From positions 1-24,988 of IMG/VR virus record IMGVR_UViG_3300025084_000208: a DNA stretch of 24,988 nt; one strand, given 5' to 3'. The notes beneath the pieces were generated by a model. It ran no database searches. It saw only the letters and a program-made list of their open reading frames with translations, and was not told the DNA's origin. The stretch is from a virus. Taxonomy: Duplodnaviria > Caudoviricetes. Below are positions 1 through 6,951 of this stretch, one piece after another (position 1 is the first letter of the stretch; each line of letters starts with the position of its first letter). Position numbers and translations under genes: made by a program.

Positions 1-968
1 TTGGAGTATAGTTTTGTTCCTTCGCCTTCGCCCGGAGCATTAGGATCAATTCCGTCTCCGATATAAGGACTTTGAGAAATAATTAAACTGTCATCTACTC
101 TTACACTGTTTGTACCAGTTGCTGCAAGAATGAGATCTTCGCCAGTATTGTTATCACCAACTTGAATAGTTGATCCTGATATAGTAACACCGTGTATTTG
201 TGTTTGTTCGGCTGTAAATACAGTAGTTAATACACCATTTGCTGTTAAATGAACTTCGCCTCGACCGTCTGGATCTGGGCCTGGTTCAATTACTTCTACG
301 TTTGATATACCTTTTTCTATTTTATAACTAAATGTCGAAGAAATCTTTGCGTCAACAAAATCTACTACTGCTTTAGCATTTGGAATAACGTCATCAGTAT
401 TTTCAGTAAGCAAAATTGGTGTTGTTTGTGTTACTCTTGCTGCGCCATATGACGAATCTAATGAGCCGTTAATATAAGCAAATACTCCAGTTTCGTAAGA
501 GTTAGTACCTTTTACTAATACTCTACCACTACCGCCACCGACTAAGTTTAAATCGTCGCCGTCTGAATCAATATCGTATGTTCTTATTCCTAATACTCTT
601 GTTGGGTTATTTGTATATCTGGCAACAAAAAGACCATCTGAGTTATTACTACCTAATCTTGATTCGTACCAATTACCTATATTTTCTGCATATACCCATT
701 CAACGTCACCGGTAGTTGCACTTCCTCTGTCTACTTGTATTCCAGAAAATCCTGCAGATACTTCTGTAGCAGTTTCATTTCTGTTTAAAATAATTACGTT
801 ATCTTCAATTTCTAAATTTACTGTGTCAATAGTTGTTTGACTACCAGTAACATTCAAGTCACCAAGAATGTTAACTGTACCAGATCCCGTATCTAACGTA
901 ATCTCCTGGCCAGAGTCAACTTTTATTTTATAGTCTCCGCCGCCGGTAATTTTTAGAAATTTTGACAT
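1..968 (-). CDS. Putative virion structural protein (tail/fibre-associated type), runs off the left edge; missing from the ORF track
   Basis: ATG at 968 preceded by AGGAT. Hand translation gives MSKFLKITGGGDYKIKVDSGQEITLDTGSGTVNILGDLNVTGSQTTIDTVNLEIEDNVIILNRNE...GFSGIQVDRGS. G/T/S/N-rich beta-type composition, downstream of the head genes. Function is inference. Confidence 0.7.
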   Translation of the reverse strand, partial: MSKFLKITGGGDYKIKVDSGQEITLDTGSGTVNILGDLNVTGSQTTIDTVNLEIEDNVIILNRNETATEVSAGFSGIQVDRGSATTGDVEWVYAENIGNWYESRLGSNNSDGLFVARYTNNPTRVLGIRTYDIDSDGDDLNLVGGGSGRVLVKGTNSYETGVFAYINGSLDSSYGAARVTQTTPILLTENTDDVIPNAKAVVDFVDAKISSTFSYKIEKGISNVEVIEPGPDPDGRGEVHLTANGVLTTVFTAEQTQIHGVTISGSTIQVGDNNTGEDLILAATGTNSVRVDDSLIISQSPYIGDGIDPNAPGEGEGTKLYS

Positions 969-981
969 TTTTTATCCTATG

Positions 982-1008
982 TAAAATAGGGGGAAGTTAC
1001 TCCCCCTA
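982..1008 (-). terminator. Intrinsic terminator after the 134-aa gene
   Basis: Minus strand TAGGGGGA-GTAACT-TCCCCCTA (8-bp stem, 987-1008) followed by TTTT. Confidence 0.75.
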
Positions 1009-1016
1009 ATCTATTC

Positions 1017-1421
1017 TTAGTCAGCTTCGAAATCGTCTGCGCCAGTGAAGTCATCAGCTGTACCAGCTTCTTCAATTTCAACTTTAGCATCGTCTACTGC
1101 ATCATCAAACGACCAAGCAATCTTTGTGCCTGAGTCAAGTGTTACCATACGTCCTGCAATTTTAACTACTTGACGAGCTGTTCCGCCATCGTCTTTAACT
1201 GTAATAGTCATATCGCCTACTGCTAAAGTACCTTGTGCTTTATCAACTAAAGTACAATCCATTGTGTTAGTACCATCGTAGCAACGGAACTTCTTAGATC
1301 CTAATTGCTTTACAATCCAGCCGTTTGCTTCTGCTTCGCCTGTAGCACGATAACGTACTTTGATTTCGTTGCCACCTGCTGTAGGCTCTCCGAAAAATCT
1401 TTTATTAATTGGTCTTCCCAT
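1017..1421 (-). CDS. Hypothetical late/virion protein, 134 aa (MGRPINKRFFG...)
   Basis: Strong SD (TAGGAGAAAACAAATG), upstream late-promoter-like GATAAATA, own terminator, acidic C-terminus. Confidence 0.8.
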   Translation of the reverse strand: MGRPINKRFFGEPTAGGNEIKVRYRATGEAEANGWIVKQLGSKKFRCYDGTNTMDCTLVDKAQGTLAVGDMTITVKDDGGTARQVVKIAGRMVTLDSGTKIAWSFDDAVDDAKVEIEEAGTADDFTGADDFEAD

Positions 1422-1435
1422 TTGTTTTCTCCTAT

Positions 1436-1512
1436 TTAAGTAGTCCTATGCCCGTTCTATGGGCTACGCTGTGGGTACAGCATAAGTCTGCTTTGCAGCA
1501 CACTATCTGACA
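1436..1512 (-). promoter_or_regulatory. Structured 5' leader (three adjacent hairpins) of the 134-aa gene
   Basis: Minus strand: CTGC-AAA-GCAG (1488-1498), TATGCTGT-ACCC-ACAGCGTA (1465-1484, one G-U) and GCCC-ATAGAAC-GGGC (1450-1464). GC-rich in an AT-rich genome, between the promoter motif and the SD. Confidence 0.55.
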
Positions 1513-1516
1513 CAAG

Positions 1517-1524
1517 TATTTATC
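1517..1524 (-). promoter_or_regulatory. T4-type late promoter variant (GATAAATA)
   Basis: 7/8 match to the gp55 consensus TATAAATA, just after a terminator and upstream of a late-type gene. Confidence 0.6.
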
Positions 1525-1536
1525 AAAGGTTTAAGA

Positions 1537-1576
1537 GAAAAGAAAAAAGGCCTACCGCATTAGTGGGTAGACCTTT
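1537..1576 (-). terminator. Intrinsic terminator closing the non-coding unit
   Basis: Minus strand AAAGGTCTACC-CACTAATGC-GGTAGGCCTTT (11 bp with one G-U) continuing as TTTCTTTT. Confidence 0.85.
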
Positions 1577-1790
1577 AATAATAAAGTGATAGGTTGGACT
1601 CTGTGAATACCAACAATCCTTCTGTAGAGCCACGCTCAAATCCAGAAACTTCATATTAAACAGTTACGTTTAAAAATACAACTTCGTATCTCTACGCTCT
1701 TGCATTGCCACCACAGCTATGAATCAAGTTACGACCTCTACGGATCGCCATTCCTTGCACTATCTAACTTAGGATATCTCCTAACTTATG
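1540..1790 (-). ncRNA. Candidate stand-alone ~250 nt non-coding RNA, family unknown
   Basis: Bounded by a near-consensus sigma70 promoter and a strong terminator, with no SD-led ORF. Hairpins TTAGGA-GATA-TCCTAA, CGATC-CGTAGA-GGTCG, TTAAAC-GTAACT-GTTTAA and GTTGG...CCAAC; possible 5'/3' closure GATAG/CTATC. Confidence 0.6.
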
Positions 1791-1795
1791 TATTA

Positions 1796-1824
1796 ACTAT
1801 AGCAGATAATAAATATAATGTCAA
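1796..1824 (-). promoter_or_regulatory. Sigma70-type (early) promoter
   Basis: TTGACA (1824-1819), 17-nt spacer ending TGC (extended -10), TATAGT (1801-1796). Confidence 0.8.
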
Positions 1825-1851
1825 CCACTTTTTATAAAAAAGGAGAAAAAA

Positions 1852-2034
1852 ATGCGGTTTAAAATTATTACATGGGCCGATGTATCAATCGATGACGGCA
1901 GATACGGGTTAACTGATCATCCTGTAAAAGACACTGTTTCTAATGAAGTAAGACTTTGGCACTCAGGACAACAAAGAGTACGATCAACAGATATTACAAT
2001 TGAAGAATTTAATACTTGGGAAAAGATAAATTAA
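1852..2034 (+). CDS. Small hypothetical protein, 60 aa, oriented against the late genes
   Basis: Strong SD AAGGAG followed by an A-run and ATG; ends at a bidirectional terminator; TATAAT at 1814-1819 upstream. Confidence 0.6.
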   Translation: MRFKIITWADVSIDDGRYGLTDHPVKDTVSNEVRLWHSGQQRVRSTDITIEEFNTWEKIN

Positions 2035-2040
2035 GTCGTA

Positions 2041-2066
2041 AAAAAAGGCGCCGTAGCGCCTTTTTT
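2041..2066. terminator. Bidirectional intrinsic terminator between gp23 and the 60-aa ORF
   Basis: AAAAAA-GGCGC-CGTA-GCGCC-TTTTTT: GC stem with a U-run on each strand, between convergent genes. Confidence 0.9.
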
Positions 2067-2082
2067 ATTAAACAGTTATAAC

Positions 2083-3249
2083 TTAGCTGAATGTTACTGC
2101 GCTGTTGGTAATTCCAACTTTGCCTAAGTAATCAGCTGCATTGCCTAGAGACGATGCTGTGTTTGATAACTCAACATATCCGTAACGTGTCATGAAGCTC
2201 ACAACTGGTTCGAATGATGTTGGATCAAGTACAACTCCTGAGCTCATTAGTGGGATGTATGGGCAATAGAATGCCGCTGCATCTGATTCACTTGAGCCTT
2301 TATAGCCAACTAGTACTGCTGAACTATCTGCTGCATATGTGTTTACATATACTTTCATAGCGTTGTTCAATGTACCAACCATTTTAGTGTTAGTTGGTGC
2401 TTCAAACGAACCTTCAGTTGTACGAGCAAACGCACTTGTAGTTGCAGACTGTAGGATTGTAAGTGCTAATGGACTTACAACTGCCCAGTTACCTGCGCCA
2501 CGTCTTGTGCGCTGTGCAATGATATTTGCAACACGGTTGATTTGAACAGCTAATGCAGCATGTTCGTCACCAACGAATGTAGCAGTACCACTTACTGCAG
2601 ATTGGTCATATGTTTCAATGTTGTTGCCTGCAAGCGAATCTAAACTTGATAGAATCTCTTGGTCAATCTCAGCAGTAATCTCTTGTGCAAGAGCTGCCAT
2701 GATTTCTGCTTCAACATCGATGCCGTGCATAGACTGTGCATCTTGAGCTGCTTCGAATGTCCAGCGAGCTGATAGCTTGCGTGACTTTGCTTCCACAGTT
2801 TGTTTCAAGATTTGGATTGACATTCTGTTTCCAGCTGTGCCTTCCATTGCTGCTGTTGCACTTGGAGCATCGTTAGTACCGGCTGCTCCTGAGTATGATT
2901 CAGCGATTTTGAATGGGCTTAGAGCCTCTTCACCTGCCGCTGCGCCGTTGTCTCCATCAGCATAACGTACTCTTAGTGTGTGGATCTGACCCACTGGACC
3001 TGTCATCGGCTGTACGCCAACAAGTTCATTTGCAATTACTGTCGGCATTACACGACGAATAACTGGAAGAATAACACGATTAAGTGTCGCAACATTACCG
3101 GCGGAAGTTGCACCAGCGGTGGCTGATTCTGACAAATACGAACGTGTATTTTCCAGTGTAGCTGCCATTACGCTTTTCTTATTGCCCTGAAGGCCTTCAA
3201 GAAGTGCAGTTTTTGTCTCCTGCCAGCGACTTTCTAGTAGTTCTGACAT
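2083..3249 (-). CDS. gp23: Major capsid protein, T4 gp23 family
   Basis: Motifs VIRRVMP..IA.ELVGVQPMTGPVGQIHTLRVRY, VEAKSRKLSARWTFEAAQD..HGIDVEAE..AL..EI.AEID.EI, YCPYIPL and SFEPVVSFMTRYG; SD AGGAG. Confidence 0.97.
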   Translation of the reverse strand: MSELLESRWQETKTALLEGLQGNKKSVMAATLENTRSYLSESATAGATSAGNVATLNRVILPVIRRVMPTVIANELVGVQPMTGPVGQIHTLRVRYADGDNGAAAGEEALSPFKIAESYSGAAGTNDAPSATAAMEGTAGNRMSIQILKQTVEAKSRKLSARWTFEAAQDAQSMHGIDVEAEIMAALAQEITAEIDQEILSSLDSLAGNNIETYDQSAVSGTATFVGDEHAALAVQINRVANIIAQRTRRGAGNWAVVSPLALTILQSATTSAFARTTEGSFEAPTNTKMVGTLNNAMKVYVNTYAADSSAVLVGYKGSSESDAAAFYCPYIPLMSSGVVLDPTSFEPVVSFMTRYGYVELSNTASSLGNAADYLGKVGITNSAVTFS

Positions 3250-3261
3250 TGGTTTCTCCTC

Positions 3262-4359
3262 TTAAATTCCAGCTAGACGACGAATGTCTAATACATTACC
3301 ATCATCTGCTTTATTACTAATATCATTTTTTGTTTCTCTATTGCCTGTTATTTGTGTGCCTTCTGTAATTTTAGCCTTTTGCTTTGTCGAGGTTCTCTTA
3401 CCATCTATTACCGCCGGTAAGTACTTGTCAAAAGCTTCATTTAGTTTTGATGTTTTCACTGTTTCTAGTAAATCCATCATAATGTCTTTCTGACTCGCTG
3501 ATAGCGGACCAGTTAGCTCATTTAGTCTGTCTTTTCTTTGTGCAGTTTCAACTATAGTAGCAATCTCTTTTTCTTTGGATTCAACTATCTTAGCAGATTC
3601 AGCTGCTGCTGTTTTTGCTTCTGATAATTGAGCGTCTTTAACATCAATTACTTTCATTAGTTTTGCAGTTTCGCTCTTCTCATTTAAATGTGAAGTGCTA
3701 TACTCTGATGCAAATGCTTCAAATAATTTACGTCCGAAGTCGTTTTTACGTGCTTCGTCAATATCTTCTTTTAGCTGACTAATTTCAGACGAAAGTGTTT
3801 TACTTACTGTTTTTTCAACAAGTGACGCACTCTTCGTAATAAATGCTGTTTTGACCTTTTCAAAGTGTGATTTTGCTTCTCTAATTAAACGCACTTTAGT
3901 TTCTGCAAGATCTTTCTTGTCAGAATGGAACTCTGCAATTTCTTTTGCTAGTGCTTCAACTACAAATTCTTGTAGTTTACCGAAGTTTTCTGCAATATTC
4001 TTTTGATCATCATGTAGTTCTTTCACTTCGTTAGATAGTGACTCCACTACAAAGTTTTTCATAAGATCTGCGTTTTCACGCATTGCAACTGCATATTTTG
4101 CTTTTGCTTCTGCTAGTTGTTTACGGTCTTCTACGAATTCCTCAACTTCTGCGCTTAGTCTTTCTTCAAGCATTTGATCAATAGATTCGATCATAACAGA
4201 TTTGTCATGCTCGTACTTTTGTGCAAATTCTTCACGCAGTTCAGCAGTAGCAGCAAGGCGATTTTCTTTCACCCTGGCATTCCATGCTTCTTCGATTTGT
4301 GCTCTAACTTCTTCGTTAACTACATCGTTTTCAAATAGTGTTTTTAGTGCATCAATCAT
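3262..4359 (-). CDS. gp22: Prohead core scaffolding protein, gp22-like
   Basis: E/K/A-rich coiled-coil located between protease and capsid genes, as in the T4 21-22-23 order; SD AGGAG. Confidence 0.85.
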   Translation of the reverse strand: MIDALKTLFENDVVNEEVRAQIEEAWNARVKENRLAATAELREEFAQKYEHDKSVMIESIDQMLEERLSAEVEEFVEDRKQLAEAKAKYAVAMRENADLMKNFVVESLSNEVKELHDDQKNIAENFGKLQEFVVEALAKEIAEFHSDKKDLAETKVRLIREAKSHFEKVKTAFITKSASLVEKTVSKTLSSEISQLKEDIDEARKNDFGRKLFEAFASEYSTSHLNEKSETAKLMKVIDVKDAQLSEAKTAAAESAKIVESKEKEIATIVETAQRKDRLNELTGPLSASQKDIMMDLLETVKTSKLNEAFDKYLPAVIDGKRTSTKQKAKITEGTQITGNRETKNDISNKADDGNVLDIRRLAGI

Positions 4360-4372
4360 TACCTTCTCCTGG

Positions 4373-4996
4373 TTATTGGAGCTTGTTGATTATATTAATC
4401 AACGATTCCTTTAGATACTTTTGTGCCTTTGTGTCTTCTTTAGTTGCCTGTGCTAGTTCGTATGCCTTCATACCACCACGAGCGTTCATTAGATGTTCGT
4501 AGATTGGTGTAGGGTAAGCGCCGGGCGCACTTGGTTGCGCCACAACGTCGACTGTTATAATTTCAAAATCTGAGACGGTATTACTGCCGTCTTCTGATAC
4601 ATTACCAGAGCCCCTACTGGAAACACCTAGTTTAACTCCGCTTTCCAACATCGTCTTTACTAGTTGTCCCATAGGGGTTGGTAAAATTTTTAATTTTCCG
4701 TAACCGTTATTGTCATCCATCCAGCATTCACTGATCATATGACTCACGCGGTCTAGGTTAATGTTTAGTCCTTCAGGATGATCAACTTCTCCGAGAACAC
4801 TATATCCTCCAGTTATTTGATCATTGAGAGTTTTGACAGCCCTGCCAATTTCATTTACAGGATACACACGCTGATTAGCATTGCGCACACCGCCTTGTAT
4901 ACAAATACCCTTCATATACAAGTCTTTTCCTTCGTTGGCGTTCTCAACAACTATTTTAGCTTGATCGAATGTCAAATGCTCTCGTAAGTTTCTCAT
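4373..4996 (-). CDS. gp21: Prohead protease, T4 gp21 family
   Basis: GICIQGGVRNANQRVYP, LGEVDHP (catalytic His), LDRVSH, LGVSSRGSG (catalytic Ser), DVVAQPSAPGAYP. Confidence 0.96.
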   Translation of the reverse strand: MRNLREHLTFDQAKIVVENANEGKDLYMKGICIQGGVRNANQRVYPVNEIGRAVKTLNDQITGGYSVLGEVDHPEGLNINLDRVSHMISECWMDDNNGYGKLKILPTPMGQLVKTMLESGVKLGVSSRGSGNVSEDGSNTVSDFEIITVDVVAQPSAPGAYPTPIYEHLMNARGGMKAYELAQATKEDTKAQKYLKESLINIINKLQ

Positions 4997-5009
4997 CTAG
5001 ATTTCCTAA

Positions 5010-5960
5010 TTAAGATCCAATAGTGCTTTTTGAATTTGCACCGTTATCGCCGGATCCTTTTTTCTCAGCGCCGTGTCCTTTAGGCTGTGCCTTCATTGAC
5101 TTCGATGCTTTACCACCTGGTACATTTACGTTACCAGCTGATTCCTCTGACGTAGCTGGGTTAGCTAATCCACCGGCTGTTCCGCCTGTGTTGCTTTCTC
5201 CACCTTTTGCAATATTAGCTGCTGTTCCGCCCATATTGTTTGCGCCTGCTACTGTTGACTTGGTGTTTGCACCGTTGTCGCCCATTGTAGCTGATACTTT
5301 TTCTACATACTCACGCATTGTTTCGCCTGCTGATTTAGCTGACTCATCAGTTTCTTCTTCTGATTCGTCTACTTCTTCGTCAGTTGCTTCATCAACTTCT
5401 TCGTCAGTTGCTTCAAATGCGAATGATTCTTCTTCAGCTTCTTCGTCGTCGCCGCCCATGTCCATGTCCATGTCGCCTTCGTCTTCGTCGCCTTCGTCGT
5501 CACCCATCATTTTTTCAAATTCTGCTTTTAATTCATCTAGAGCATCTTCTAGATCAACTACACGATCTTCCATGTCGCCTTCGTCTTCGTCGCCCATATC
5601 TGCTTCGTCGCCGTCTGCTTCAATGTCGCCCATCATGTCGTCTGCTGGGTCACCGCCCATATCCATTGGGTCTGCTTCGACTTCAAACTCGTCTAGGTCA
5701 AAACCTTCGTCGACTTCTTCGTCAGTTGCTTCGTCGACTTCTTCGTCAGTTGCTTCGTCGACTTCTTCGTCAGTTGCTTCATCAACTTCTTCGTCAGTTG
5801 CTTCGTCAACTTCTTCTTCGTCTAATTCATCTTCTAAAAGATTTTCATATATTTTTCTTGATTTCTCTACTACTAGCTCGTGAAACAGACTTTCTGCTGC
5901 TGCACGGTCTTCATTAACAAGTAGCTCGAGCATTTCTTCGAACTTATTGCGGTCAGACAT
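5010..5960 (-). CDS. Extremely acidic, repeat-containing protein; likely prohead core component (position of T4 gp67/gp68)
   Basis: SD TAGGAG; D/E-rich with ATDEEVDE repeats and a G/A/N/K-rich tail; between portal and protease. Function inferred from position and composition. Confidence 0.7.
   Translation of the reverse strand: MSDRNKFEEMLELLVNEDRAAAESLFHELVVEKSRKIYENLLEDELDEEEVDEATDEEVDEATDEEVDEATDEEVDEATDEEVDEGFDLDEFEVEADPMDMGGDPADDMMGDIEADGDEADMGDEDEGDMEDRVVDLEDALDELKAEFEKMMGDDEGDEDEGDMDMDMGGDDEEAEEESFAFEATDEEVDEATDEEVDESEEETDESAKSAGETMREYVEKVSATMGDNGANTKSTVAGANNMGGTAANIAKGGESNTGGTAGGLANPATSEESAGNVNVPGGKASKSMKAQPKGHGAEKKGSGDNGANSKSTIGS
5364..5414. repeat. Second block of the 24-bp coding repeat (about 2 copies)
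   Basis: TTCGTCTACTTCTTCGTCAGTTGC then TTCATCAACTTCTTCGTCAGTTGC; encodes ATDEEVDE twice. Confidence 0.9.
5706..5816. repeat. 24-bp coding tandem repeat, about 4.6 copies
   Basis: Unit TTCGTCGACTTCTTCGTCAGTTGC three times exactly, then synonymous variants; encodes ATDEEVDE on the minus strand. Confidence 0.95.
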
Positions 5961-6025
5961 AATGTTTCTCCTATAAATGGTTATACTTCTGCTATAAGCA
6001 CAAGTATGGCTTTGCTGTCATATAG

Positions 6026-6033
6026 TATTTACT
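6026..6033 (-). promoter_or_regulatory. Late promoter variant (AGTAAATA) upstream of the core-gp21-gp22-gp23 run
   Basis: TAAATA core ~65 nt before the ATG at 5960; the leader contains a hairpin ATACTT...TGCT-TAT-AGCA...AAGTAT. Confidence 0.5.
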
Positions 6034-6091
6034 AATTTTGTCAGAAAGGGGCAGATAATAGGCTAAAAACTGGCCATTTTATAAAATTTGG

Positions 6092-6676
6092 CTAGATTTG
6101 TGGAAATCTGTCTTTAAATTCATGAATATTTATATGTTTAAGATTAGAAATATGTGCTAATTTATCTGGGATAAAAGTATATTTTTCTGTCAAGATCCTA
6201 TAAAACTTTATAGTTTTGTGAGAAGTTATACATTCCATAGTCTGTCTTTCCCAGTTTCCAAAAAATGTATATACTGCATTTTTATCTTTGTAATTGTCAG
6301 TTGACCCGTATACATTATTAAGTTTTTTATCTATACTAGCATAATCAAAACCTAATATATAAATTTTAGTATGTTTACGTTCACATGCCATCCATAATGC
6401 TGTTGGTCCGCTGCTCCAACCTTTTCCTGGTCTAAAAAAGTTTACATTTTTATATTTTTCATTTGCTTTTCTAGGATTTGACCATACATTAGTTTTTTCA
6501 GGTATCCCCTGTTCAACAATTTCTTTTAACATAGGAGGATCAACTGCAACTAAGTGATCAGGAATAAAGTCTCTGTATAGTGCATTGCAGCCGTATACAG
6601 TTCCATAATTTTTTAAAGATGTAATATTGTATTCTAGGCGACTCTTACCGTTACCTAACATAAATGCATTAGACAT
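6092..6676 (-). CDS. Putative nucleotide-sugar transferase-like protein (Maf/DUF115/MptE-like or sialyltransferase-like Rossmann fold)
   Basis: AFMLGNGKSR, VYGCNALYRD..PDHLVAVD, WSSGPTA and IYILGFD match the GNGPS / N / D / SG / GFD motif series of that group, recognised by eye. Confidence 0.6.
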   Translation of the reverse strand: MSNAFMLGNGKSRLEYNITSLKNYGTVYGCNALYRDFIPDHLVAVDPPMLKEIVEQGIPEKTNVWSNPRKANEKYKNVNFFRPGKGWSSGPTALWMACERKHTKIYILGFDYASIDKKLNNVYGSTDNYKDKNAVYTFFGNWERQTMECITSHKTIKFYRILTEKYTFIPDKLAHISNLKHINIHEFKDRFPQI

Positions 6677-6695
6677 ACATTATATATTTAATTAC

Positions 6696-6938
6696 TTAAA
6701 TTGCTGCTTCAGCATTGGCAGCCATGCCGTACATTTGTCTTACAAATTCTAATTCTTTAGCTTTTTCTTCTTCACTAAACTCAGCTGACATTCTTGCTTT
6801 TTTAATTTGTTTAAGAGTTAGCTTTGTTTTTCGTGTATCAGAACGCTTACGAGAAGATTCTTCGTTAGGAATGAAAGCCTTGTCAATTATAGGCTCTTCT
6901 GAGTTTTTATCAAAGTAATATAGTTCTCTTAGTATCAT
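6696..6938 (-). CDS. Small hypothetical head-region protein, 80 aa
   Basis: Directly after the portal gene, preceded by a perfect TATAAATA; basic DTRKTKLTLKQIKK segment and VRQMYG. Confidence 0.75.
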   Translation of the reverse strand: MILRELYYFDKNSEEPIIDKAFIPNEESSRKRSDTRKTKLTLKQIKKARMSAEFSEEEKAKELEFVRQMYGMAANAEAAI

Positions 6939-6943
6939 ATTAT

Positions 6944-6951
6944 TATTTATA
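6944..6951 (-). promoter_or_regulatory. T4-type late promoter TATAAATA overlapping the portal stop codon
   Basis: Exact consensus, 5 nt from the downstream ATG at 6938. Confidence 0.7.

Noticed and set aside
1450-1464. GCCCGTTCTATGGGC as a tRNA T-arm
   Set aside because: Stem and loop geometry do not fit a T-arm and no cloverleaf can be built; no tRNA was recognised in the window.
1523-1751. Small minus-strand ORFs 1751-1692 (19 aa) and 1654-1523 (43 aa)
   Set aside because: The first has AAGGA abutting the ATG with no spacer; the second has no SD and reads through the terminator.
1540-1790. RNase P RNA or tmRNA identity for the 250-nt unit (AGTGCAA, ACAGAGTCCAACCTATC and TTCTGGATTTGA resemble fragments)
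   Set aside because: No GAGGAAAGTCC/P4 partner, no alanyl acceptor stem or T-arm, and no convincing tag ORF.
5364-5816. 24-bp direct repeats as a CRISPR array
   Set aside because: Units are head-to-tail without unique spacers, in frame, vary at synonymous positions, and no cas gene is present.
5023-5917. Long plus-strand ORFs (286 aa Ser-rich, 177 aa Arg/Leu-rich)
   Set aside because: Antisense shadows of the acidic repeat gene, whose GAA/GAC codons leave no stops on the other strand.
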